This document shows positions 37,479-49,400 of a stretch of 64,000 nt of DNA, piece by piece. Where the stretch lies: contig CM060731.1 of the NCBI GenBank assembly GCA_030704615.1, positions 95,356,001 through 95,420,000 of the forward strand, written 5' to 3'. Source of the stretch: Takakia lepidozioides. Its lineage: Eukaryota > Plantae > Bryophyta. The first letter of the stretch is position 1. Every line of letters starts with the position of its first letter. Position numbers and translations under genes: made by a program. The notes under the pieces were generated by a model. That model was not told the origin of the DNA. It was given only the letters and a program-made list of their open reading frames with translations, and did not search any database.

Positions 37479-38189
37479 TGTTATCAATTCATCTTATCTG
37501 ATACTGAAGCATCAGATTGCTTCAGTATCTACTTAATTCCAATTAATCATGCATTCATTTCACAGCTTCACTCATGTCACTCTACACAGTGTGCTTGTAT
37601 CGAATAAGTATCAGATTATGATTTATCAGGTATCAGGCCAATGCCATGGTGACTCTAATCTGCCCTACAGTTTCACTATAGCTTTGCATGTAACAAGCAT
37701 CTACTGTTCATCTCTCCTCATTCTCTGTGCTCTCGTTCTTGCTCTCCGCCTGATCTCCTCTCATACCTGACCAAGAAGCGCTCCCCATGAAGTGTCCCCT
37801 CTTTCCGTTGCCGCTCCCCTTATCTGCCCCCAAGCTGTTCTAACCACCTAACTAATTAACCGTCATCCCTATAGTAACACGTTCCTTCTGCAGATGTCGT
37901 TCCCTCACAGTCGTTCCCTGCCAATGATAACTGTTCCCCATGTACTGCGACAGGCTGTGTCAAGCTGTGTTGAGCTGTGACTGGCTGTGTAAGGCTGTGT
38001 CGGGCTGTGTCGGGCTGTGACGGCTATGACTGGCTGTGACGGGCTGTGTCAAGCTGTGTCGGGCTGTGTAACCCCCCTAAAGCCTGCTGCTGCCACCCCT
38101 AAGGCTCCTGTTGGTCTCAGTCTGCGCAAAAATTAAGGGTACCCCACAGAACCCGTAAAAGCGTCTAAGTCCCAAGCAGCCCTCTAACA
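37479..38189 (-). mobile_element. 5' LTR of the gypsy element whose gag lies at 12183-13839
   Basis: On the minus strand begins TGTTAGAGG and ends ..GATAACA; colinear with the LTR at 59198-60017 including the ACAGCC-type internal repeats. Inner end approximate. Confidence 0.75.
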
Positions 38190-38215
38190 AGGACTTCCAT
38201 TGGAGTGGAGTTTGC

Positions 38216-38416
38216 ATGGACTCTTTTGTCAGTTTTGTTGATCAGGTTATTGTGACCGCGGAAACGAAGGCAATGGACTCATGTAGTATTTGCCTTCAGT
38301 CGGCACAACCGGGAGAAACTATACGCACGCTCAATTTGTGCCTGCACTCCTTCCACAGTGCATGCATTGACAGCTGGGTTCAAGTGAACGGCACATGCCC
38401 CCTGTGCCGGCGTTGA
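38216..38416 (+). CDS. RING-H2 zinc-finger fragment (E3-ligase type), probably 5'-truncated by the LTR insertion
   Basis: CSICL-x-CLHSFHSAC-x2-W-x-CPLCR, canonical C3H2C3 spacing. Confidence 0.7.
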   Translation: MDSFVSFVDQVIVTAETKAMDSCSICLQSAQPGETIRTLNLCLHSFHSACIDSWVQVNGTCPLCRR

Positions 38417-38979
38417 TTATGAGAAACAATGTCGTCTTGCATCTTCATGTTGAATTGTTTTGCCCGACCTTTTGTTGAGGGCCTCACTGTTGTCTTTAGT
38501 GCTCTCGTATGTATGTAAGCTTCCCACGGCCATTACAAAATTGATGTTAAAGAGTATGGCTTGGGATTCTCTGGCCTCCTGCTAAATAAACATTTCATTT
38601 CATTTGTCTCGTTTGTTTCCATTCTCTCCCATGAGATGTTTCCGATTTCCGCCAACTTTCTGAGGTAACAAAGGAGAGCATTAGGCAGCGGCGAGTACAC
38701 TTGGAGAAGTTCATTTGCAAGTAATTTGCTTTATGAGTATGTCCGGAAGTGACTATATATTTTGGGTATGCCTCCGTAGATACGACGTGGACTTCTCTGA
38801 GTGACACATTTGCATTGTCAACATCATGCACCCAAGACCCTGTCAACCTCAATAGATGAGGATGATATATCGCAGTGGAAATGTTACAATGTGAATGAAT
38901 AATTTGGCCGCATATGCACAATGGCAAGGCATACTACTGCGATTTTCATTTTTATTCCAAGCACCCTGTCGTCCCGGTT

Positions 38980-39460
38980 GCTGGTAGTCGGCACCGACTA
39001 CTGTGAGTTGTTCTCAATTTTTGTTGGCGTGGTGGAAATCGGCAACGGCTTTTTGGAAACATGCTATGTAACGAGAAATTCGCCTATAGTTGCTGCCGAC
39101 TATATATTTTCTTACTACATTTTTCCTTGCCCCATGTGGTGGTAATCGGAACCGACTTCAATGTCCTCTTCTCTGTTTTTATTATATTGGCACTGAGGGT
39201 AACGATTAACCGCAATGTGACTTTCACACCTTTACTACATGAATAGAGAAACAAGAAAAAAGGAATTAATGTACAGCAGTTTCATTCGGCCCTCGTTGTA
39301 GATTGGTCCACGAATTACTGTGGCCTACGAATACGAACGCCTCGGTGTCTACCACTATTTCGATTTACCCAAAGGCACGGATGTTGGTAGTCGGCACCGA
39401 CTACCAATACTTCTCCTATGTTTGTGCGCGCGCGGGCAAAGTCCGCACCGATTATTCGCC
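38980..39460. repeat. Family-C palindromes (TTG)GTAGTCGGCACCGACTAC(CAA)
   Basis: Near-perfect copies at 38984-39001 and 39384-39407, degenerate copies near 39087 and 39141; more in the family-C intron at ~41004, 41070, 41181, 41241. Confidence 0.75.
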
Positions 39461-39900
39461 AAGTGTAAAGTTTGCTTATTGTACTCGAGAAATTTTCATT
39501 CCATGAGCACCAAAACCAATTAGTTTGAAACATAGCAGCTATGCTCATGTGAGCTGTTCTAAAGCCGTAAAGGTATAGAAACTTGCATTAAGGAAAAATG
39601 GTTTATATCGTAGGAAAAAAGAAATTTATGGTCTATGCATATTGGGAGCCCATTGAAAGCACCTCCAAAAACTTCATGGCACTTAAGAGAAATGGCATTG
39701 GCACAGTTGAACATCTTGGAAGCAATTTAAATTGAATTTCAAGTAAGTAGTATGCTCAATAGGACCCCATTGTGAAAACAGCTGCGAGCATGGACTATGC
39801 ATACTCTGAAACAGTAGCTAATTTCCAAAATTCTCTATGAGGTACAGCTACTGTTCCATTGGACGCGGAACGTCATCTGCATACTTCATAGCTATATGGT

Positions 39901-41990
39901 CTAATCCCCCTGGTACAATTGTCCCCAGATGTGGACCCTCTGTTTCCTCAAGACCATTATCTGGGGTTGTAATTCTGTCCCCACTGCTCTCCTCCTCACC
40001 ACTGTCATCAGAGGATTCTTCCTCCGTTGTTGGCTCCTCGCTTCCAGAACCCTCCTCCGCCTCCCCATCCACATAGGGCTATACCCGACCGCGTTGCAAA
40101 GCCGCCCTTCTTTGCGCTGGCCATTCTGCCATTTGAGACACTCCTGTCCATTGCTCCTCTGCTTGAGCATGGCTACTACCGCCGCACAGGGAGGAAGAAC
40201 GTAGTTTTTTTCCGGAGTGTGTATCTGTGCAAGTCGCTCCTCAAGCGTAAGGGTGTTCTCCAACGCACCTTCCCCACTCCCTGTATGTATTGAGCTTCGT
40301 GGAATCCCGATGATGCCCCCACACTGTCGCTTCGCACCATGCGTCTCCGGTTCATCGCTGCAAAGACGACGAAAGCAATCAGTTGATACACCCCACGAGC
40401 CAATATGACAAAAACGAAGACAACTGTCCGTAGTCACTTTCACTTATTTAATGCATGTACCTGGAAAGTGGTCTTACTCACTCCAAGGATTGGATTTGAA
40501 TTTGCAAGCCCTCGCGGTCATCGTTCATCCATTCGTTATCGCCATGACTGCCTGTTGCCATTTGCAACGTTGGTTGGGCGCGTTGCAATCCACAAATCCT
40601 TTCTCGAAGGAACTCCTCGTCCCCCTCCATCGCAAGTAAATGCCTTCCGCAAACAGTGGCAGCGACCATGGAGGCCCTGCATCCCGGTGTGAAATCGACC
40701 ACTACCCCTCCTTCCGGTGAACATAACTCCATGAACGTTTGCACAAATCAAGGGCTTTTCTCCCGCGCCCCTCGTAGGAACGACCCATCTTGCCGTTTGT
40801 GAAGCCTATCCGCTCTCACCATGTTCCAAACAAGGTCTTCACTGATCACATCGTGGTCGGTATCGAGCTTGCCACCAATATCCCGGAAGTTGAAATTCCC
40901 CTCCAAAGTCTTGAATAGGCAAAAGGCGTAGAATATGACAGTCTGCATTATTCAATGTTAAATACAATGCAAATATTCCGTACAATCTGCAAGTTGACCT
41001 CTCGTAGTCGGTGCACATTATGCCTGATCTATGGAGGTAACGTGTAAACATAAAATACTCAATTATGAAAGTCGTTACCGACTATGATAATAGCACTAAT
41101 GTAAGCACGCTGAAGCAGAACCCCTGTCACTTGCAACTCCTCCACGAGGACCACTCACTGACCACCCAAAGCGTGCAACATAGTCGCCACCGACTATGTT
41201 CCTGCACTGACAAAATGAATTGCCCCGCCACTGTTGGTAATAGTCGTTACCGACTATTGCTCGGCGACTGCTGGAAGGTGGTGTTCTATGAAAGACATAC
41301 CGTGGGCTTACACTTATCATTTTAATCCTTTGCGAACATTTTAAGCAAAAACTTCATGGCATGTGTTTTAATTGAAGATGGTAAACCCACCTGTGGTTCG
41401 CCAACATCTCTAGTTTGCAATGGAATTCGATTGAGGCAAGTCCATTTTTTTTTTAAGAAATTGAATGGCCCGGCCGGCCCAACGCATCTCCGGATTTCAA
41501 TTTCTATCTTTGCATCCCCCTTGCAGAACATCACCAAGCACCCTTTGTCTTTCAATATGGAGGATGCCAGTGCCAATGCATGAGGAACTGTATCCTTGCT
41601 CTTGTTGTTCCAACTTGCAACAACATTGTCTCGGCCACTACCTTTCACAACTTGCCCATTGGGGAGGTCAATTATAACCAAATCCGCCCCTGCTTTCGTC
41701 CCCCTTGTCAAACGGTGTGAAGGGTCGGTTGGTACGTGCCTTTCAAGAAACGCGTCAATTTCCCCCCTCGGCTCCGGCCAACTATTGGACGACCCTTTTG
41801 TGGCCAATCTGCGGATGACTAATTGAAACCAATCGCACTTTAAGCATTTGACCTCAGTGTTTGCAACCCCCTCTCGCAAGGCTATTGCTTCGTACAGCAG
41901 CACAGATGCAAGCTGCAGCACCCTACCCTCATTGCCTCCTGCCCCGAATGTTAACGTGTGAGCAGACCTATTCCTCCGCGCCACTTGGAA
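39901..41990 (-). pseudogene. Family-C gene X remnant (MTase-like domain and acidic tail)
   Basis: ADLVIIDLPNG, GCLVMF, KKKWTCLN, FYAFCLFK, REKSP*FVQTFMELCSPEGGVVVDFTPGCRASMVAATVCGRHLLAMEGD, then GA|GTGAGT donor and last exon TPEKNYVLP (cf. SPVRDYSLP). Internal TGA at 40748-40750. Confidence 0.75.
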
Positions 41991-42052
41991 ATTATGACCA
42001 ATGGAAAGGTCCGTAATAGAAAGACAATTGCACGAAAATGACAGCATCATAC

Positions 42053-44146
42053 CTCCCGCATGTACTGTCCGAACTGTCGATACCGGAAATGCCACCACCC
42101 CAACCAGCTGTGCAAGGCTCCCAGATTGGTTGTCTCCACTGCACCTGACGTGTTCCACCAAGCCTCGATGATAGCAAACTTAACCTCCGCGTCATCAAAT
42201 GTGGGTGCATCCTTCCACGCCGTACAAAGGACACGGTGTTCAGCCTGGAATGAGCTAGCAACAAATTTGGTAGTGTAGTGAGATAGACTCTGCATCCAAT
42301 GGAATCCACATGATCTCTCTTTCCCCTCCATTGGAACATTGGGGTCCTCATTGTACACACGCCGCACCGCTGCCCAGTTGGCCTGAGCATTGTCTGCCAT
42401 GAATCCCCTGAAATTGGGCTCTGCCAATCCCGCCCTTGCCATCTGCTCGTTTATGCCCTCCCACAAATGCATCTCCGACTGTGTGTCCTCCCCTTTCATC
42501 TTGCAGATTGCAATCGTCATGAGCCTCTTGGAGTGATAGTCATAAACATGCGCACCCATAGTCACCCACTGATGGTTTGTAATTCGCTTGATGTGATCAA
42601 ACATCACCCAAGCATTCGACAAGTTTCCAGTTGTCATGCGAGTGACCAAGTCGACTCCACTCCCAGGCCCACACGTTGACATTTTAAAAATGTAACAACG
42701 ATTGGATTCGCTACCTTGCCCTGGAAACCTGCTACCTTGGATGTAGTCATATCCAGTCATTCGTTTCACCTCCAGGATTGAGTGCATGTCTGACCCCCGG
42801 CCAAACTCCTGCTTGCAAGATACGATGTGATTCCGCACATTCGGACTACAAACGTGCGAGACGGACTCCAACAGGTCAAGCATCTCCTCTTCGTTCAAGG
42901 GCACTCGGTCTGAACCATCTTTAGACATGATTTTGCCAAGAGCAATCTTGTGGGCTGCCTTCAGCTGAATCTGCTTTGGTCTGGCTCCGGGGCTCAATTT
43001 GACCTCCTCTTTTATGATGTCGTGTGCTTCCTGCACAGCCTCACGCATGTTGCCTCTCGCCAAGGGGTGGCAGTGGACCCCAACGTGTATACAAGCTCTA
43101 GTCAAGTCCGGGAGCAAATGGATAACATAATATTGCTTGGCTCTGCACATGGACATGCACGTCGGTGGTTCTTTGCAATGTGCGCACTTGAAAGTACCCG
43201 CAGGAGCTTGGCTGGAGACAATGAATGGATGATGCGTTGTGCCAGTCCAATCCGTCTCGTTTCTCCGCCCTCCTTTGGAAAGAAAGTGGAAGCAGGCGGG
43301 ATTCAGGCACCTCAGCTTCCCCGCACAGAGGACGTATCGTACACAAACACCATCAGCAATTTTCGTGCTACTGGTCTTCGTCACACACCAGGGGTGTCCG
43401 TCATGCTTTCGATCCATGTCTTTTAACATCCCTGAGGCTTTGTTTGAGGAAGTGACAGGTGGAAACTCGAAGATGACATTGCCATCGACTTCGGGAGGCA
43501 GATACGTTACCTTCCTGACCGGAAATTTGGCATAGTCAAGAGCAGCCAGCTCGGAGCGAGAACCATCGAGGTGATGTTGCCGTAGGACCTGCACAATGGA
43601 CCGGGTTGGAGTTATGCTCGAGAGTACATGCGTAGCACCTGCAGAGACGTCCATGTCGGATTTGAACAACCGTGTGGAGGACATGGGGACCTCAATGCAC
43701 TCATCTTCATCGTCGGAAATGTCGAATACGTCAACACGAGAAGCTATGGAGGGTCTTGACGGTCCAGGTCAGGAATGATTATCGTTGCATACCTCTCTAT
43801 TGGCAGTGGCCGCCTGTCGGTTTCCGGACTCCTTTGTGGATGGTGTGGGCAGCGACTGATTCGGAAAGGGAATGGGCATTCCCACAGCTCGGTACAGGAT
43901 GGTGTCTGATGGGGGTACGTGCCATTCGATTCCGCAACCTCCGTCGTTACCTAGCACGACAATGGTCTCGTCAACCTGTCCAGGAACATCCTTCATTTCT
44001 TCTTCCAAATAAACTGTGCCCGGTTTGAGCTTGAATTTAGAACAAAGGTAAGTTTCAATCACTCTGCAAAGTCCTCCCTCGTTTGGGATCCAGGCTCTCC
44101 CAAGTTGCGGAGGACAACAAACTATAGCGTAGGAATTCGGAGCCAT
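42053..44146 (-). pseudogene. Transposase exon 1, copy A3 (premature stop; exon 2 lost)
   Basis: Same length as A2 exon 1 (2094 bp); CGA>TGA at 43769-43771. Confidence 0.88.
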
Positions 44147-44527
44147 CGAACACCGCACGAAGTTGGCAAGTGCGAGGTTCAGTATAGCGACAGACAAAGG
44201 CTCACAGGCACCATGCGGAGTCCATCGACGATTGGAAGTCGCACATTGAAGTGGAAAGTATAGTTTCAAGCTACATGCATGAAGGTGGGAGGTGTGATTC
44301 CATAGCTAGTAAGTTAGACAATGATGGCCGAATCGGCGACGAAATAACATCTCCTGACAGTTTCTCCTGAGGGTGGATCCAGCAGTATTCTCGGTACAGA
44401 CAGGAGCGTTCGCACTGACAAGTGCCAGGACTGTTAGTTAAAACGGTCAGACAACCTAGTTGTGCTCAACAAGACTGGCTGCAATTCTGTTGTTTCGGAA
44501 CAATGCAACCCATTCAGGTTCAGCGTG

Positions 44528-46115
44528 CGGAAATGAGGTTTCAGATTTCCGTCCGGAGTGATTCTTTCGATTGCTGCTCGACGGAAATACGGTGCCGCAT
44601 TTCCGTATTGCATCTTGGTCATGCGCCAGAGCGACGGAAATGTGGCACCGAGTTTCCGTCCGGGGGAAACCTTTACACTCTCCAGAACGGAAATGCGGTA
44701 ACGCATTTCCATCCAGCAAGCACGGTATGTGAAGGTGGAACGGAAATGCGGTACCCCATTTCCGTTCTGATTGAGAATCATGAACAAAGGGAACAGAAAT
44801 GCGGCACTGCATTTCCGTCCGAGTCGCACTTTCCGACATTCCAGAACGGAAATACGGCGCCGCATTTCCGTCCGAATCGCACTTTCCGACATTCCAGAAC
44901 GGAAATGCGGCACCGCATTTCCGCCCGGGTGAGACCTTCATACTCTCCAGAACGGAAATGCGGTAATGCATTTCCATCCAGCAAGCACGGTATGTGAAGG
45001 TGGAACGGAAATGCGGTACCGCATTTCCGTTCTGATAAAGAATTATGAACAACGGAAACAGAAATGCGGCACCGCATTTCCGTCCGAGTGGCACTTTCCG
45101 ACATTCCAGAACGGAAATGCGGCGCCGCATTTCCGTTTTGTATCTGATGCATGGAGCCGAGTGCAATTCCGACCGCTTCAGACATTCATACTATCCAGAA
45201 CGGAAATGCGGTACCGCATTTCCGTTCTGACTGTAAATCGTGAACCATCGGAACTGAAATGCGGCAGCGCATTTCCATCCGAGTCGCACCTCCCTCACAA
45301 GCTAGAACGGAAATGCGGCACCGCATTTCCGTTCTTATGAAAAATCGTGAAACATCAGAACTGAAATGCGGTACAACATTTCCGTCGGAGTCGCACCTTC
45401 CGACATTCCAAAACGGAAATGCGGCGCAGAATTTCCGTTTTGTATGTGAGGCATAGAGCTTTGGAACAAAAATGCGGCACCGCATTTCCGCCAGGGTCAG
45501 ACTTTAATACTCTACAGAACGGAAATGCGGTACCGCATTTCCGTTCTGACTGAAAATCGTCAACAGCGGGAACAGAAATGCGTCGCAACTTCCGACATTC
45601 TAGAACGGAAATGCGGCGCCACATTTCCGTTTTGTATATGAGGCCTGGAGTTGTGGGACGGAAATGCGGTGCCGCATTTCCATCCATGTGAGACCTTCAA
45701 ACTTTCCAAACCGGAAATGCGGCACCGCATTTCCGTTCAACTAAGACCTCTATACTTTCCCGAACGGAAATGTGGCATGACATTTCCGTTCATCAACTAA
45801 GGTATGTGAAGGGGGAACGGAAATGCGGTACCGTATTTCCGTTCAGATTGAAAATCATGAACCACGGGAACTGAAATGCTATGCCGCATTTCCGTCCGGA
45901 TCGCACGTTTCGACATTCCTGAACAGAAATGCGGCGCCGCATTTCCCTTTTGTATCTCATACATGGAGCTGTGGGACGGAAATGCGGCACCGTATTTCCG
46001 TTCAACAACTAAGGTATGTGAAGGTGGAACGGAAATGCGGTGCCGCATTTTCTTCCAACAAGCACGGATGTGTAGCTTCGTGATGGTTCTTAACGGAATT
46101 GCGGCGCCGCATTCG
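44528..46115. repeat. Central ~53-bp-period palindrome array, copy A3
   Basis: Same GGAAATGCGGYRCCGCATTTCC units as 24953-26690, with different unit order and number. Confidence 0.93.
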
Positions 46116-46401
46116 CATTTTCACTCCAACTCCAAATCTGCACTCTATCTGACTGAAGTGGCATGAGGCGGCGCGGCCTAACCGTTGGATAATGATGTTT
46201 GTTTTTCGGACGGCAGGCGTATCCTGAACGATTCGAATTTCGTAATGACGCAAAGTCCACGAGACACTTTTCTCCAACCCTTTCGAACCCAAGTGCTGCA
46301 TCACCGCCGTTTCATCTTCTTTTGTCGTGTCTCCTCAGTCACCCCTCTCGCGCCCTTTCCATCTGCACTCTTCGCCCCTTTTCCCTGTCTCTGTTCTTCT
46401 T

Positions 46402-49400
46402 ATGCTCGAACCTGAGAGGGAGGGAGTGCGTGCACCAGAGAAGAGACATCGTCGCAAGCTCCGAAAATTGTACTTCGGACGTAGGCCAATGCCGAAGGGG
46501 AGGAAGCAGATGCGTCTACAGGAGGAGATTGCCATCTCGCAGCATCAGGCTACGCAGGCAACCCAGCCACCAGTGAGAGCTCCGTGCTATCGGGATTCGC
46601 CAGCTGATCGAGCACCGAAACCCCCTCATTTTTCTTCTGCAATTCTTAGACTGTATGCTAGGAGACTTGACTGCAGAAGATGTTTGCATGCCTAACCGGA
46701 AAGGTGGACGTGCTGGAGGGATCGCAGGAATCCGAAGAGCCGCAGGCAGAGTCCGTGGAGCTAGCTGCAGCACGCACACCCAGCCGATCCACGAGCACGG
46801 GTCTTCCTGCCGGTCCTAGCCCTGTGCGTTTCAAGGACGCGGCTTCCAAGGCCAAGTCTTTGCAGTTCAAAGCCCCAGAGAGCGACTCGCCTTCAAAGGT
46901 CATGGAGAATCGCCAGCAGGGGTCTAGCCCTTCTCCAGCAAAGACGAAGAAGAAGCAGCCCGTCCTTCAACTTGTTTCTGAACCGGACCAGGCCGTTTCC
47001 CCCCACCCAGGCGAATGAAGCAGATTCAATTGCAGCAGACACCTTCACCTGCAAGAATGAGGAAGCACAAGGCAATCAGGGGGAGGGCGGAGCAGTCTCC
47101 CGCAAAACCGATTCCACGAGCTGAAGCCCAGTTCCTGCTTGATTTCCAACTTGCTGCAGCGAAGCCAATGGGATCGACCGTCAATCTGGTACCGGAGGAG
47201 GGTGCTGCCTCTCAACGTTCTCAGCAAGACCTGACCACAGTTGAGGAAGACCTGACCACTGAAGGCCCGGAGGAGGCCTCTGCAATTGCACAATTGTCCG
47301 CAAAGATTCCCCAGAGTGCAGCTCCAGTTGGGGATGCTCAAGCTGCTCAGCCCCTGCCGCCACCAGCAGAAATGTCTCCGGAGGAATTCCAAAGTGCAGC
47401 GGATACAATGTTGGAGGAGACACATAGTAGCATTGGCAGAGTTCTGGGCAGCAGGGTATTCCAGCGGACTCTTCGAATCCCACTCTGTCGCATGGTCTCC
47501 CTTCCCATCGTCAGGCAGGCACTTCCCGGAGATGTGGATAAGCTCAAGTTCGCATTTCGAGAAGGGTACCGTCTAGGTTCGCCAGCCTTCTACGTTTCCC
47601 TTGAGAATGAGGACGGCGAATCTCGTGGACCCACTGCGGAGGAATTGTCAACATGGGATACCCACTGGCACACTCGCAACGACGAATTCGAGGCAACCCT
47701 GAAGGGTGATCCCGACTTCGGCCATATGTCGGGTAAAATGTTCTTTGTGTGGGACGGGAATCACCGACTTCTCGCCTGGTGGGAGTACATCAAGCAGAAC
47801 CATGCCAAGCACATTGGCTGGCATTACATGGTGGAGTGTGTCATCCTCAAGGTGAAGGCGGCAGACTCCTCCCTGCTCAAGAATGCCATGGCGGACCTCA
47901 ACTCGTAAGATACTCATACCCTCCCAAGCACGTTCGAAATGCGGTGCCGCATTTCGGTTTCCAATCTGTTTTGTTTCCGTGCTTTCGTGGACTGAACTGG
48001 AGAGTGTGCCTTGCAGGGTCACTGAAAATGCGTACGTGCATACCCACATGGCACATATGCTGTACAGGGTGAGGAAAACTGGTCTCACTGATCCGCACAT
48101 GTTCGCGGAAATGCTGGAGCCCGAGCTCATTCAGAAAGCCGTGGCAAAAACTGACCGGACATGGTATCGTCTCACTATGGATGGAATGGTGGAGGTGATA
48201 TACGAAGTAAGTCGTCCTCCCATTTCCCTCTGCTCATCCTTCCCCAATTTCCGGTAATCTTTCCACATGAATCGAATGTAACGCTTCTGCATGTTTTTGT
48301 TGGCAGTCAAACATCAAGCTGGATTTGGCCCATGCCAAACGCTTCTTCATGGAAAGTGAGGGGCAGGTCAAAACGTTGCAGTCATTGACTGAGCACTTGA
48401 AGGAAGCCGGGGTCAAGTCCAGAACGAAATACAAGTCAAAGCTTGTGAAGCTGGTGGCCATTGCAGATCCGGCACTTGGAAAGGACTTCATCCCCGAGAT
48501 TGCAAAACACTATTCTCGGGCCATGCAGCCGACCATGCAGTTGGAGAAACTGCATCACCTCTCAACGGCATGTGTTGAAGCGAAAGAGAAGGTGATGTTT
48601 CAATTCACTGAAGTTCCTTCCTAGCAATAGCCACTCTTCTTCCTGCTCCTGACATTGGATCGGAAATGGCAGACACGGTGGCTGTCGATCTGGAATGCAT
48701 CGGAGAGTATAAGGACAATGTGGTCTTTTCCACTCGAAGTTTCCGACCCTGCAGTGGATGTGTGGCTCAACCGCATGACTTGGTGGTTCCAGGTAATTCA
48801 AGGTACTTCCCCAGAGTTGCTTTTCTGAAATGAATTCCCTGAACTGCTACGTGACAATGCATGTGGGAATCGCAGGTAATGACGAATGCGAAGGAGCAAG
48901 TCGTAATGCATACAAATTCGTTCGGCTTGTACGTCAAATGGGATGGAACACAGACATTGGAAGACTACGTGACACGTTTCAGATGTGCTTACAAGGACAA
49001 CCTCTTCGCCAGGGAGCTACAGACAGCAAGAAGGAGCGTGGAGTTTACACATCAGGAGGGAGCGGAAAAGCTGCAATGCGAATTGTTTACAGGTGAAGCC
49101 CAGCTGTCCTTGTATGCAAAGCCTGGTAATGAGGTTTGTCTGGGAAATGCGGCACCGCATTCGCATTTTATGTTTAGGTTGCACTCTGCGAGTACGTTGG
49201 TCTCAACTTTTGCTCACGCATGCTGACTGCCCTGCAGGTATATGAAATACGTGCTTCTTCAGACAGGGGCCCTGGCTCAAGAGCCCCCGTTCTTCATGGC
49301 TTGGACCGTGGCGGGCCCAAGCTGTGTCTACACACCCGAGCTGCAGAAACAATGGCATGCCGCGCATCTGGTTGGATGCCCGTGGTACCTGGACATGTCT

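Noticed and set aside
41322-42161. 279-aa ORF as a single gene
   Set aside because: Reads across the A3/family-C junction; the first part is an off-frame translation of transposase and intron sequence.
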